Under the pieces are notes generated by a model that worked only from the letters and a program-made list of their open reading frames with translations, did not search any database and was not told where the DNA came from. This document shows positions 20,160 to 34,525 of a stretch of 64,000 bases of DNA, one piece after another. The position numbers were made by a program, and so were the translations under genes. Position 1 is the first letter of the stretch. Each line of letters begins with the position of its first letter. Source of the stretch: the human T2T-CHM13v2.0 reference genome, Homo sapiens; NCBI RefSeq assembly GCF_009914755.1, contig NC_060935.1; one strand, given 5' to 3'.

Positions 20160-20605
20160 TGCCGCGGTTTGCCACTGCTACTATGGGTCTGAGTGAAGGA
20201 AGACGAATGCAGAAATGAAAACTTAAGACAAAATAATCTGTTTTTAAGAAGGGGTCCAGGGAAGAAGAAGAGGGCTCCCTGCTTCTAGTGAGCAAGAGCA
20301 GCCACCCTGAGCTTCTACAGCCCTTCCTATTTATTGGGTAGAAAGAGCAGGGAGGAGGAGGTAACGATTGGTCAGCTGTTTGATTGATCACAGGTTCACA
20401 TTATTGCTAACAGGCTTCAAATATGCCTAATCACAAGAAGCACTGCACTTTGGGTGTGACTGCCCTCAGCATTCCTTCTGGGCAGTGGACGCAGTTTGTC
20501 AGTTTGCCAACATCCTGCATTTATGAAAACAATTTGCTGTTTACTCGTATAGCTTCCAGTGGTATACTGAATTGATCACGACCCTCACTCTTTCGGCCTG
20601 CACCA
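20160..20605 (-). mobile_element. Solo LTR3 (HERV-K HML-6 LTR)
   Basis: 446 bp with TG...CA ends and a perfect 6-bp TSD CTAACC (20154-20159, 20606-20611). Minus strand begins TGGTGCAGGCCGAAAGAGTGAGGGTCGTGATCAA, which I recognise as LTR3. Confidence 0.85.
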
Positions 20606-20692
20606 CTAACCCCTGCTGATAATGAAAGGAAATAAAGGAAAATCTCTAGACCCATGGAAAACATTCTGAAATTCAAGAGTAAGAGCTACCTA

Positions 20693-21156
20693 GAAATGAG
20701 GCCAACAAATATTTTCTAGAAAGGGCCAGATAGTAAATATTTAGGTTTTGCATGCCATACATAAAGTTTGTCCAACCCATGGCTTGTGGGCTGCATGTGG
20801 CCCAGGACAGCTTTGAATGCAGCCCAACACAAATTCATAAACTTTCTTATGACATTATGGGATTTTTTTTTGGCAACTTTTTTTTTTTAGCTCAGCAGCT
20901 ATTGTTAGTGTTAGTGTGTTTTATGTATGGTCCAAGATAATTCTTCTTGTTCCAGTGTGACCCAGGGAAGCCAAAAGATTGGACACCCCTGCCATACATC
21001 CTCTGTCACAACTCTGTCCTGCACTGTAGCAAGAAAGCAACTACTGTAGCCTGAATTGTGCAAAAGTAGCCACAGGTACTATGTAAATGAATGGATGTGG
21101 CTGTATTACAATAAAACTTAGTACAAAAACAGGCAACTTTAGTTTGCCCACCCTGA
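20693..21156. mobile_element. MER58 (hAT-Charlie) split by MER30
   Basis: AAGGGCCAGATAGTAAATATTTAGG start and ATGAATGGATGTGGCTGT...AATAAAACTT...TAGTTTGCC end. Confidence 0.75.
20763..20991. mobile_element. MER30 (hAT-Charlie MITE) nested in MER58
   Basis: Ends GCCAAAAGATTGGACACCCCTG; perfect 8-bp TSD CCATACAT (20755-20762, 20992-20999). Confidence 0.82.
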
Positions 21157-21635
21157 CCGAGCATAATCAGAAGAATGGCTCCCTCTAAAATAAATTCACT
21201 AGAAAAGCATGTTTAGAGAAAAGTTTAGAAAATTTTCTGATTCTTTTTCTCCATAAGATCCAAGAATAAATTGCATTTATGAGAACAAAATAAACATTTA
21301 TAAAAATGAAACAATTTGAGAACAGAAAAGATTGTATTTAAAACATGATTCCCAAAATTAAAAGCATGTGTACAACAAAGTTGGAAGCAGAATTAGTAGA
21401 TCAGGAGGCAAACTCAGAAATTTAACCAAATTAAAGAAAGGATAAAGGAAAAAAAATATCAGAATAAGGAATAGATGTGTGGGAGAAAAAGTCATTGAAT
21501 AAGAATTCCTAAAAGGGAAAATAACATACGGAAAAGAAGGAATAACCAATTATAAGAAAAAAAGTCTTTCTATGCTGATAATTTAGCATGAGTGGGGAGT
21601 AAGGAACACATCAGATAAAACAAGACAGGCCATGT

Positions 21636-22091
<456 letters not shown>

Positions 22092-22483
22092 TTAATGCCA
22101 AATAAAGCACACAGAACTCTAATTTATAATCCTACTACTCAGACATTATTCCTATTAATATTTTCATTATCTATTCTGCCAGTACTTTTTTCTATTCACA
22201 TATAGGTCTATAAAATTAAAATCATTCTATACATACTGTCCTGTATCTTGCTTTTTCTTGCAGCATATAATAGATAGAATTCCATTTTAACCTTATTAAT
22301 TAGGCCCAGTAAAAAATATGTGTTTGACATTCTCCTAAAGGCCATATTTACAAGCTCATTATGATTTTGCAGCTAAACTTCAACTAATATGGTAGAGAAA
22401 CGTTTAAATGTAATGCAAAACTTAAACATCATAAGCATCCAGGACAATTTAGGGATAAAATATGATGCCTTCAACAGAAGTAA

Positions 22484-22970
22484 GGTTAAGGGAACCTGTG
22501 TTCTTGTGTGCAAGCAACTGAAATCAGCTCTGGCTAACATAAGCAGAAGAGAATTTATTGGAAGGATATTGTGAGCTCACAAAATAAGAAGCATGGAGGA
22601 GTAGATCCAGAAAATGGCAGAAGCTAAAGGAGCCTAAGTAGCAAGAGACACAACCTAGACAATAATAGAGGAAGAGTCTGGTTAGGACGCTAGGGGGCGG
22701 AGAGGGGTCACACACAGGACTGGACTGTAGACTTGCTGTCTTGAGCATTACAAGTAATTCCTAAATTCTTTCTGCATCTGTGTCAATCCCTGAGTTGGAG
22801 TTTCCAGATCCTGGAGCCTAGATAATGTGCCCTTACCCTTGCTGCAACAAGCCAGGGAAAAGAAACATCCCCGCTCTTTGGTTTCAGTAGTGGAAGGCAG
22901 ACCCTGCATCCCACAAGAGTTAAACACAACAGAGAATTGCCCCTAAATAGGAAGGAAGGTGGATGGGGGA
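22484..22970. mobile_element. Old MLT1-like MaLR LTR
   Basis: TGCAAGCAACTGAAATCAGCTCTGGCTAAC...GAATTTATTGGAAGGATATT...GAGCTCACA resembles ancient MLT1. Confidence 0.5.
22684..22702 (+). promoter_or_regulatory. Candidate CTCF site
   Basis: GGACGCTAGGGGGCGGA resembles the CTCF core, with two retained CpGs inside an old LTR-like repeat. Confidence 0.45.
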
Positions 22971-24128
22971 GGAATATATACATTTCTTTGGTTCTCGTCT
23001 TAATGTTCATGACAAAAAAATTACTGTGTGATCATGACCTAATCCTTGACTTTTAATCTTCTCCTTTAAATAATGAGAACAATACTTGCTCCTACTAGCT
23101 TCATTGATATGTTGTAAAGATAAATGATTTAATATCTGCTTACCATCCTGAATAACTTAGGAAAAGCATGCATCGTAGGTACAAGTTATTTTAATTAGGG
23201 AAATTATAATTAGTAAAGATCACAACATCTGCTGTGCTTCAGACATAGGTAATAATAAATGTTACTTACTCAAAGATACTGGACACTGCAGATATTTTGC
23301 TCTAACTTCATTATATTATATGTAAGCTGCAGTCTTAAAACTGCATTAATTTTTAGTTAACTTTTAAACTTTTTAATGTAAAATACAGTTCCAAGGCTTG
23401 GAATTGGAGAGGGGAAGAAAGATGCATAGATTGTTCAGTTGGTTGGATCTGTTACATTAATTTCACAATCTGTGAAGGAGTGGATTGCCCCTTGAATGGT
23501 AATGGAAAATTAGTTTCTTTATTTCTTCATTAAGACTGTGGGAGGAAAATTAATACTGTCTTCAGCTTTTCCAAATTAATAGAATATATCTTTATTAAAA
23601 TGATAAATGTACATGACTACTTGCTTTTTGGTTGAGAGACTCTCTAACTCATTGGAATAACTGAACTTAAAGCTAAGCTTTAGAAATCATCTTTTTAGGA
23701 AACTGAGGTTCAATTAGGCTAAATTATTTACCCAAAGTCACACGATTAATTAAAACAGAGCAAAACTAGTAAATTGGGTTCCTGACTCTTAAACCAGTGC
23801 TCTTTCTAATTCAGCACGCCCTTTAAAGAGGGAAAAAGGAAATTACTTTATTATAGTTTTCACCCTTTTAGTTTCTATGCCCTGAGGAGTAGAAACCCCT
23901 AATATAGAATAATAAGAGAAAATATGTAACGTTTCTCAATTTTCTTTTTGTAGGATTCAAATGGAAAGAAATAGAGCCACTATCTTAGCAATGGCCAACT
24001 TTGGATACAATCCTTAAGTCAAGTCTTTCTTTAACTCCCCCCTTCTCCATTTTATACTTCTACACAACCCCAATTCCCTGTTAACTCATTCCTCTCCCAG
24101 CATCCTTACTTCATTAAAACTCTTCTGA

Positions 24129-24372
24129 GGCCAGGCACAGTGGCTCACACTTATAATCCCAGCACTTTGGGAGGCCGAGGCGGGTGGATCACTTGAAGTC
24201 AGGAGTTTGAGACCAGCCTGGCCATCATGGTGAAACCCCATCTCTACTAAGAATGCAAAAATTAGCCGGGCATGGTGGCACAGTGGCATGCCCTTATAAT
24301 CCCAGCTACATGGGACAGTGACAGAGCAAGACTCTGTCTCAAAACAACAACAACAACAAAAAAAAAAAAAAC
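24129..24372 (+). mobile_element. AluS with right-arm deletion
   Basis: Left arm intact, right arm collapsed; TSD CTCTTCTGA. Confidence 0.85.
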
Positions 24373-24765
24373 CTCTTCTGAGATTTGATTTACTACTTTA
24401 TGTGATGCACACACACACCTAGATGTACCCACAACCTATTATTTTAGGAAATAAAGCATAACATTGGAGCCTCTTCTTTATCTTTCCCTGATTACATCTT
24501 CTCTCCCTTGCTCAGAAGTTAACTAGTCACTCTCCTGAAATTTCTTTTCTATCATTTCTTTGCTTATCCTTATAGTTTTATTGCATGTGAATGTACTCCT
24601 AATCAAGACATTGTTTAGTTTTGTGCATGCTTCAAACATAATAAACATACATGTTCCTAACTTTCATTTTCACTCAATATTTCATTTGTTAAGAATTGTT
24701 ATATACATTGATGCATACTGCCTTAGCATATTTGTTTTCAGTACTGTATTGCATGCCATTAGGTG

Positions 24766-25176
24766 TGTGTTAGTCTGTTTGCATTGCTGTAAAGGAATAC
24801 CTTAGACTGGGTAATTTATATAGAAAAGAGGTTTATTTGGTTCATGGTTAGGCAGGCTATCCAAGCAGCATGGCACCAGCATCTGCTTCAGGTGAGGCCT
24901 CAGGAAACTTATATTATGTCAGAAGGCAAAGGGGGGAGCCGGCATATCATGAGGCAAGAGCAAGCAGGAGAGACAGGGAGGAGGTGCTAGACTCTTTTAA
25001 ACAACCAGATCTCACATGAAAACATAAAGTGAGAACGCATTACTATGAGGACAGCACCAAGCCATTCATGAGGGATCCACCCTCATAACCCAAACATCTC
25101 CCACTAGGCCTACCTCCAGCATCGCGATCACATTTTAACATGAGATTTGTAGGGGCAACACATGTAAACCATATCA
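24766..25176 (-). mobile_element. MST (MSTA/MSTB-like) MaLR solo LTR inserted in old L1
   Basis: TGTGTTAGTCTGTTTGCATTGCT...AAACCATATCA with the GACTGGGTAATTTAT and AAACAACCAGATCTC hallmarks. Confidence 0.85.
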
Positions 25177-25527
25177 GATGAATCTACCAAAATATATTCT
25201 ATTTATCCATTCTTCTGTTGATGGTTGATCCTTTTTTTTTTTCTTTTTTGGTATTACAAACAATGCTGCCAGAATATTTTTTGTACCTGTCTTCTACTGA
25301 ATGGGGGTGTGAGTGCTCCAGTTGCTGAGTGGTAAGTTATGGGCATCTTCAAATTTGAAATAATGACAAATGGTTTTCTGGATATATTTTTAACAATTTT
25401 CCTCCACTTAGCAGTGATTTTTAGTTCCCATTGGCCTATGTCCCTGTTAATACTTGGAAGTGTCAGATTTTTTCATTTCTTCTCATCAACAGTAGTTTTA
25501 TTTTATTAATAAATTAATCTAATGAAT

Positions 25528-26140
<613 letters not shown>

Positions 26141-26604
26141 TACCAAACTGTCACTGAAATTTAACAAATCTTTCACTTATGAATGTAGGCAACAAACCAC
26201 AGTCGAATACCTATGGCTTTGTCACCAAAGAAAATCACATTTAGAAAAAAGGAATAATAAGGAATAATAACATTTAGCATGTTTTTATATATTTATTGGC
26301 CATTCTGAATTTTCCTCTGAATATTTTAATTAGGTTGTTTGTCTTTTTTTATTGATTTGCAGTTCTTTATATATTTTGAATATCTTTGTTTGCCAATTTT
26401 CTGTTTTGAAATTATTTCTTCCGTTTTGTGAATTGTCTTTTCAATTTTTTCAGTTTGTCCTTTGCTGAAAAAATATCATTTATCAATATTTTTCATTGAG
26501 GATGTGTTTCTAGTGTCTTAAAAATTCCTTCTTCTCTTGATGTCATATATTCTCGTATATTTGTTTCTAAATGTTTTAAAGTTTTGCTTTTCACATGAAG
26601 TCTC

Positions 26605-26951
<347 letters not shown>

Positions 26952-27789
26952 TAATCCTTATAATTTGCAATGCCAAATCTATTCATGTATAAATTGTAAA
27001 TTGTCCATGTTTCTGTTACCAGCTTCTATATTCTGTTCCACTGATTATTAGTCTAATATCACACCATCTTAATCACTATAGCTTTGTAAATCATGTGATT
27101 ATCTGGTAGAGCAACTCTCCCTCGACCATATTCTTCTTCAGGAGTGTCTTAAGTTATTCTTAGCCTTTTACTTTTCCAATCGATTTTAGAATTATTTTGT
27201 CAAATTTCCATGAGTAATTCTGTTGAAATTTTCATTGTATTATACTGAATTAGATTATGTTAAGGAGAATTGAATCTTTCCATCCTTGAACATGTTATTT
27301 CTCTTCATTTATTTAGGTCTTCTTTGATCTCTTTCAGTGAAGTTTTAATAATTTTCCTCATAAAGTTTCTATGCCTGCCTCCTTAGTTAGATTTATTTTT
27401 AGAGTACCTTATTTATTGCCCTGAGATTCAACATTGACAATTAAGTTATGTCAGATGGCTTTAACCAGGAGCCTCAAATTCAGTTATCTATGGAACCAGG
27501 TAAAAAAGATAAACATAAAAAGCAACTCAGGTGTAAGACAGTGGAAGATGGTGAACATTGACGGGCCCTACTAATTTCCAACCAATTGTTGCCCGATGTT
27601 ACCAGAACTTCCTAATATTGCAGGCTAGCTAGAAATTTCTGGATTCTTAAAACACTGTGCAGCCTGGCAGTTTCAATCACCCTCAGATTATTTAAAATAG
27701 AGAATGAAAAGTGAAATACTAGGTTTCAACCAGCAAGTGAGGTAGGACTTCAGAGAGCAGAAAAGAAAGAAAGCCCCTAAGATGGCCGT

Positions 27790-28500
27790 AACAACAAAAC
27801 AAAATAGACAATAACAAGTGTTGGCAAGGATGTGGAGAAATTAGAATCCATTGCTAATGGGAATGTAAAATCATGCAGCCACTTTGGAAAAACAGCATGG
27901 CAGTTCCATAAAAAGTTAAACACAGAGTTACCATATGACCTAGCAAGTCCCCTTGTAGGTATATATCCAAGAGAAATGAAACTATACATCCACATAAAAA
28001 CTTGTAACAAATGTTCATAATGACATTATTCATAATAGTCAAAAAATGAAAACAGCCCAAATGCCCATCAGTGATGAATGGATAGATAAAAGGTAGTATA
28101 TCCAGAAAATAAAATACTATTTAGCCATATAAAGGAATGAAGTACCGATGCATGCTACAGTGTGGATGAACCTTGAAAACATCATGCTAAGTGAAAGAAG
28201 CCAATCACAAAAGACCACATATTGTATGATTTCATTTACATGAAATGTTCAGAATAGCCAAATCCACACAGACAGAAGGGTGATTAAAGTAGTTAATAGG
28301 GACTTCTGGAGAGAGAGAGAATGGTGAATGACTGCTAATGAGTGGGGGTTATATTTTGAATGTGACAAAAATGTTCCGGAATGACACAGTTGTGATAGTT
28401 TTACCACCTTATGAAAATACTAAAATCACTGAATTGTACATGTAAAAAGATGAATTTTATAGCATATGATTTATATCTTAAATTTTTAACATTGAAAAGG
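27790..28500 (+). mobile_element. L1M (L1MB-like) 3' end
   Basis: ATAACAAGTGTTGGCAAGGATGTGGAGAAA...ATGCTAAGTGAAAGAAGCCAATCACAAAAGAC L1 3' region. Confidence 0.85.
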
Positions 28501-28619
28501 AGAAGAAAAAAAGAAAGCAAGTACGTGCTGGGTGTTCCTCCAAAGTTAAAATCTGCCAACATAAAGCCTTTGAGATGAAATAAATTCATCCATAACTAAA
28601 AGTGGTTGTATTATTTTTG

Positions 28620-28783
28620 CTTTTTTTTTTTTTTGAGACAGAGTCTTACTTTGTTGCCCAGGCTGGAGTGCAGAGGCACAGTCATAACTCATTGTAACCT
28701 CAAACTTCTAGCCTCAAGTGATCCTCCTGCCTCAGCCTCCCAAAGCGCTGGGATTTACAGGCGTGAGCCACTGCGCCCAGCCT
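28620..28783 (-). mobile_element. Alu monomer (FRAM/AluJ-like)
   Basis: Single-arm antisense Alu. Confidence 0.8.
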
Positions 28784-29229
28784 ATTTTGCTTTTCTAATA
28801 GGCGCCCAGCCTATTCATAACCATAATACTTTTGGTAATGTACACTTAGCAAGACCTATTCTTCTGGGTGAGAAAGAAAAAGGTTTGTTACCTCTTTTTG
28901 CTTATTAAAACTGTGTGTTATGTTTCCTTTGGTTGGTATCATCTTTCCTTTGCTAGAATTTTGGAAAAGAGATGGTAAGTGTTTGCACCAGATCTCTACA
29001 TAGGTCCTCACCCAAACCTGCCACCTTAGCTCTTGAATCCCATCTTCTCCCATTTTCTAAGGAACATTTTTTCCAGACTCATCTCCCTGAAACCACATAG
29101 ACTTACCAACCTTACACACCTGCAGTTTCCTCAGACAATCCTGCCCTTTTAGATCTCTATGCTTTTATACACGCTATCCTTTCTGCATGGAAACTTCTTC
29201 TGGAGTGGGGTAAGGAATGGGTATAAAAA

Positions 29230-29590
29230 GAGGTTGATGACTATTTTGGAGGCAGTGCTAATAGACTTGTTAATCAATTGGATATGGAAGGAAGTGTGAA
29301 AGAAGGAAAGAACCAAGGATGCCTACTAAGCTTCTGACTTTAGTAACTTTTCAGATGGTACTGCCATTTTCTGAGTTTGGGAAGACTAGAGGGAAGAAGA
29401 TGAGGATTAGGTTTAATGCGGTAAGTTCCAGGTATCTTTGAGACATCAAGTATAGATATATTAACCTAAAGTGAGATAATATGTCTGGAACACAGAGGAA
29501 AGATTTGTGCTAGAAATATAAATTTGAGAGTTGTCAGCACATTAGTCATATCTGAAACCATGGAAATGATCACAATTACCTAGGGATTCT
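29230..29590. mobile_element. L2 fragment
   Basis: GACTTGTTAATCAATTGGATATGG...TAGAAATATAAATTTGAGAGTTGTCAGCA. Confidence 0.6.
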
Positions 29591-30049
29591 CATGTTGCCC
29601 ATGAGAGCTCAACAAGTTTTAGGTAGTAACAAGTTGTACCAAAATGTATTTAACAAATCTCCCCTCTTCTTTTAACATATAACTGTTCCCAGTGTTTTGT
29701 GAAACTCATGAGTAATTTTTATATTTTCCACAAATATTTACAACAATTTTTTCTAAAGAGAAACCAGCTTTTTAAAAAAGAGGCCTGTTCAGGATAGACT
29801 CTGATGCCCAAAGTCAAGTGGAAAAAAGTAACTGTACAGTGAAAGAGAGAAGAAAAGAAGGATAAGGACTAAGTGCTGTGGGGAGAAGGGTCACAGCAAT
29901 GAGGATTCCAGCTCAGTGCTGTGGAGAGGGAAGACACGTTTAAGGGACTTCTTCAAGTTGTGTACTAAGCGCTTTTCAATGTTATTAAAGCCTCTTTTAC
30001 ATCTCCCCTATGTAATCTTTAGTGCATTCAACATTGCTGACTAAATGGT

Positions 30050-30367
<318 letters not shown>

Positions 30368-31529
30368 TAAATGGTTTTCATATAGTGAGTTCTCTATGGT
30401 GAATGTAAGTAATTGCCAAGTCTTGATTCAGGTTAGCTAGTGACGAGAAGAGAAACTGCACAGCCAGTATCTGAGCTACATTTGTTTTTTTAAACGTCAA
30501 CGCAATGAACATACATTTGATTTTTAAAATGGCAATGCAATGAACGTCTTCAGAGCTACATCTTTGCATACATCCAGGCTTACTTCTGTGGCATAAGTTG
30601 CTAAATACTGGGTTAAAAGGACTGAATCATTTTTAAGGCTTTTTACATGTGTTGCCAAATGGCCCTCCAGAAAAGTTAAACCAATGTATCACCAGTAGAC
30701 TATTTGAGTATTCATTTCCTCATACCTACATTTTAATCTTTATCAAATTAATGGGAAAAAGTGGTTGTCCCCTGTTTTGACCAGGTATCATCCACTAAAT
30801 TTTTTAACATTGCCTTGAACAGTCTCTGTCTCCACTCATTCACTACATCAATTCATTCTGTATGCCCCTGCCAGATTAATCTTCTTAGAGTAGGGTTCCT
30901 ATGACACTATTCTCCTGTTTAAAAATTTTCCATGACTCCTCACTACCTACTGACTCACGTACAAACTCTTCAGTCTGTCATTTAAAACACTCTGTCATAC
31001 AGCCTCACCACATATTGCTAATCTTATTTAAGACTCCACTTTCCCTACCCATACCCTATGATCCAGTCAAAATCATACAGTCATGCTTTCCAAAATATGA
31101 ACCATAATTTCTCATCTCCATATCATAATAGTCCAGTGATGAAAATTCATATCACGAGTGCTACAAATCTCCCCTCCCCTGCCCATGGCAGATATTGTTA
31201 ATTAATCATCACAGGCTTTCCCACTGAGCTGAGATACAGTATCTCTACATAGTGCTACTCACTGCCACTACCAATTAACTAGAACTGGCACTTACGGTGA
31301 AACTAACTTGCCAATCCTGTAATAGTCCTTTCACCTAGTTGGCCTTTACTCCAGTTCCTCTTCTTGAATTTGTTCTCACCAATTGAGGTTTGCTTCAAAT
31401 GCTCCCTCCTCTGTTGCACTTTCCGCATGCAATTTTCTAAGTACCTTACATGGGTCTTACAATTCTACTTCATTTGGCTTTGTTTGGTTACTTGTGTGCT
31501 GTCCTCTGCCCTTTCGGGCCGTAAGTGTA

Positions 31530-31780
31530 TTAAGGCAGTAAAAGTAGTAAAGAGTTCAGATTCTAGAGCCAGACTATGTTAGCTCAAATCCTGGCTCTGT
31601 CCTAACTAGCTGTCAGCCCTTGAGCAAGTTGTTTAACATCTTTGAGCTATAGTGCCCTCATCTGTAAAATGGGCATAATAATCGGGTCTACTGCAGAAAG
31701 TTGTGAGCATTCTATAAGAAAATGCAAGTCAAGTGCTTAGCCAAGTACCACACACATATTAAGCCTTAAAAATGTTACAT
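31530..31780 (+). mobile_element. MIR
   Basis: CTAGAGCCAGACT...CAAATCCTGGCTCTG...CCTCATCTGTAAAATGGG core. Other MIRs lie at about 6030-6250, 9650-9820 and 39960-40135. Confidence 0.75.
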
Positions 31781-31784
31781 ATTT

Positions 31785-32380
31785 CTCAAAACGTAAACAT
31801 AGAGTTACCATATGGCCTGGCAGTTCCACTCCTAGGTGTATATGCTCAAGAAAATGGAAAACATAGGTTCACACAAAAACTTGTACATGAGTGTTCATAG
31901 CAGCATTATTCATAATAGCTAAAAATTGGAAACAGCCCAAATGTCTATCAGCTAATGAAGGTTGAACAAAACGCCGTATATCCACACAATGGATTATTAT
32001 TTAGCCATAAAAAGGAGGGAGTACTGATACATGCTATAATGCACGTATGTTCTCTTTGAAAACATTATTCTAAGAGAAACAAGCCAGTCACAAAAGACTA
32101 CGTATTGTATGATTCCATTTATATGAAATGTCCAGAATAGGCAAATCCATAGAGACAGAAAGTAGGTTGGTGGTTGCCAGGGGCTGGGGGAATGGGAAAT
32201 GGGGAGTGACTGTTTAGTGAGTACAGGGCTTCTTTTGGGGGCCATGAAAATGTTCCATAATTAGATAGCGGTGTTGGTTGCACAACATTGTAAATAAACC
32301 ATAAGCCCTTGTGTTGTACCCTTTAAAATGGTTAAAATGGTAAATTTTGTTATGTAAATTTTATCTCAATTAAAAAATGT
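31785..32380 (+). mobile_element. L1MB-like 3' end
   Basis: AACATAGAGTTACCATATG...GGCAAATCCATAGAGACAGAAAGTAG hallmark. Confidence 0.85.
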
Positions 32381-32749
32381 TTTTTATATTACCATTCATT
32401 CTTATGTCCCCCAGAGCACTTAAGGAGGTATCATTAGGACAGTGATTTTTTTTTTTTTCAGGAAAAGATATTTAATATGGTCTTAAATGCAAAGAGGAAA
32501 CATTTGAGTAACCTCTGTTATTCAAATTATCATGATTACGATTTCCATACAGGACAAACCATAGATAAAATGATTATTTTTCTGTAGAAATTCCAAGAAT
32601 AGACTAGGCCCAAATAAAAACAAGAGTTTCCACAATCTTGGGATTACACTCGGCTGAAATGCAACTCAGCAAAAAACACTAATGGGGAACTTAAAGAACT
32701 ACAAATAGCCAATGAGTGTGTAAAAATATGCTAATTAAAACAATAAGAG

Positions 32750-33740
32750 GTTTTTTTTTTTTTTTAAATAGGGTCTCACTCTGTCACCCAGGCTGGAGTG
32801 CAGTGGCTGGAACACAGCTCACTGCAGCCTTGACCTCCTAGACTCAAACAATCCTCCCATCTCAGCCTCCCAAGTAGCTGAGACAACAGGTGTGTGCCAC
32901 TACACCTGACTAATTTTTGTATTTTGTAGAGACAGAGTTTTGTCATGTTGCCAAGGCTGGTCTTGAACATCTGGGCTCAAGTGATCCTCTTGCCTCAGCC
33001 TCCCAAAGTGCTGGGATTACAGGCGTGAGCCACTATACATAACCAAGAGGCTATTTTTAAACCATTTTCTTAAAATGTTTATGTCCATTATTTGAAAAGG
33101 GACAATACTTGTCATTTATCATTATATGGAGGTGGACACATACATTTATAATGCTTTCTGGAAGTTCATTTGATAACCTGTATAATACATACATATATGT
33201 ATGGATGGGAGAAGGCCTGGAATGATGTACTCCAAATGGTAAACTAGGAAGTGGAATTAGGCATTTTTCTTCTCTTTCCTTATCTCCTAATTTTTCTATA
33301 ATAAATATAAATATTGCTTTTGTAATAGAAAATAATAGGAGTATTTCTTAACTTTTCAAAAAGTCATTTGAAAGTAGAGGGGAACTCAGTTCACTTTGTT
33401 GAAGTCAACTTGTTATTTTTTAAAAACCGAAGAATGAACTGGAACTTTTTTTTTGAGACAGAAGCTCTCTCTGTCACTCAGACTGGAGTGTAGTGGCGTG
33501 TGCAATCACTCACTGCAGCCTCGATCTCCCAGGCTCAAGCAATCCTCCCACCTCAGTCTCCCAAGTGCTGGAACTATAGGCATGTGACACCACGCCCCAC
33601 TAATTTTTCAGTTTTTTTTGTAGAGATGAGGGTCTCACTATGTTGCCTAGGTTGGTCTCGAACTCCTGGTATCAAGCAATCCTCATGCCTCAGCCTCCCA
33701 AAGTGGTGGGATTACAGGTGTGAGCCACCACACTCATCCT
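32750..33740 (-). mobile_element. Two AluJ (about 32750-33045, 33446-33740)
   Basis: Antisense Alu bodies. Confidence 0.87.
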
Positions 33741-33929
33741 TAACTTTTTAATATATGTAGAAAATGATAAGTAGAATATAGAAATAGCTGAAGAGGCATT
33801 AAATATGTAATTAGAGAATTACTCATGAGATATCTTTATAAATCAGCAACACAAAAGTGTAATAGTTAAGTTCCTGAAATGGATAAGGCAATAATCTCTT
33901 GTTAAGTTTAAGAACAGAGTCTCCACACT

Positions 33930-34525
33930 TATTGAAGTGCATTACTATTGCCTTCTAAAATGGTTATTCCAGTAGTGAACAGAGAGTGCCCTTTCCACCA
34001 CACCCTTCCCAGAACTGAATGTGTCATTATTTTTTTCTCTTTGTCAATCTAACTGACAAAACAAAACAAAACAAAAAAACTTATTTAAATTTTTATCATT
34101 TTGATTCCTAGTGAAGCTGAACATTTTCTGAGGTTTACTAATTTGCTATTTTTATTTCTTCTTTTGTGAATTGTCTATGTGTTATATCTGTTTTTTAACT
34201 GATTTTTTTCTTGCTGATTCGTTTCAGTACTTTAAAGAGTAAAGATCTCTACCCTTTATCTGTCATATATGTTGCAAATATTTTCCCAATTTGTCATTTG
34301 CTTTAATAGTGTCTTACCATGTCTGAAAATGTTTAATTTTGATGAGGTCAAATTTATCAATCTTTACATTTATAATTTTTCTTTTGCTTTTGTTATTAGA
34401 CAGTTCTTCTTCACTCCAGGAGAAGATATTATCCACACATATTTTCTTCTCATTCTTTTATGGGGTCACTTTTTCATTTAATTCTTAAAGTCATCTGGAA
34501 TTTATTTTGAAGTAAGATGTGAGAG
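33930..34525 (-). mobile_element. Old L1 fragment
   Basis: TCTTTTGTGAATTGTCT...TATGTTGCAAATATTTTCCCA antisense L1 motifs. Confidence 0.65.
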
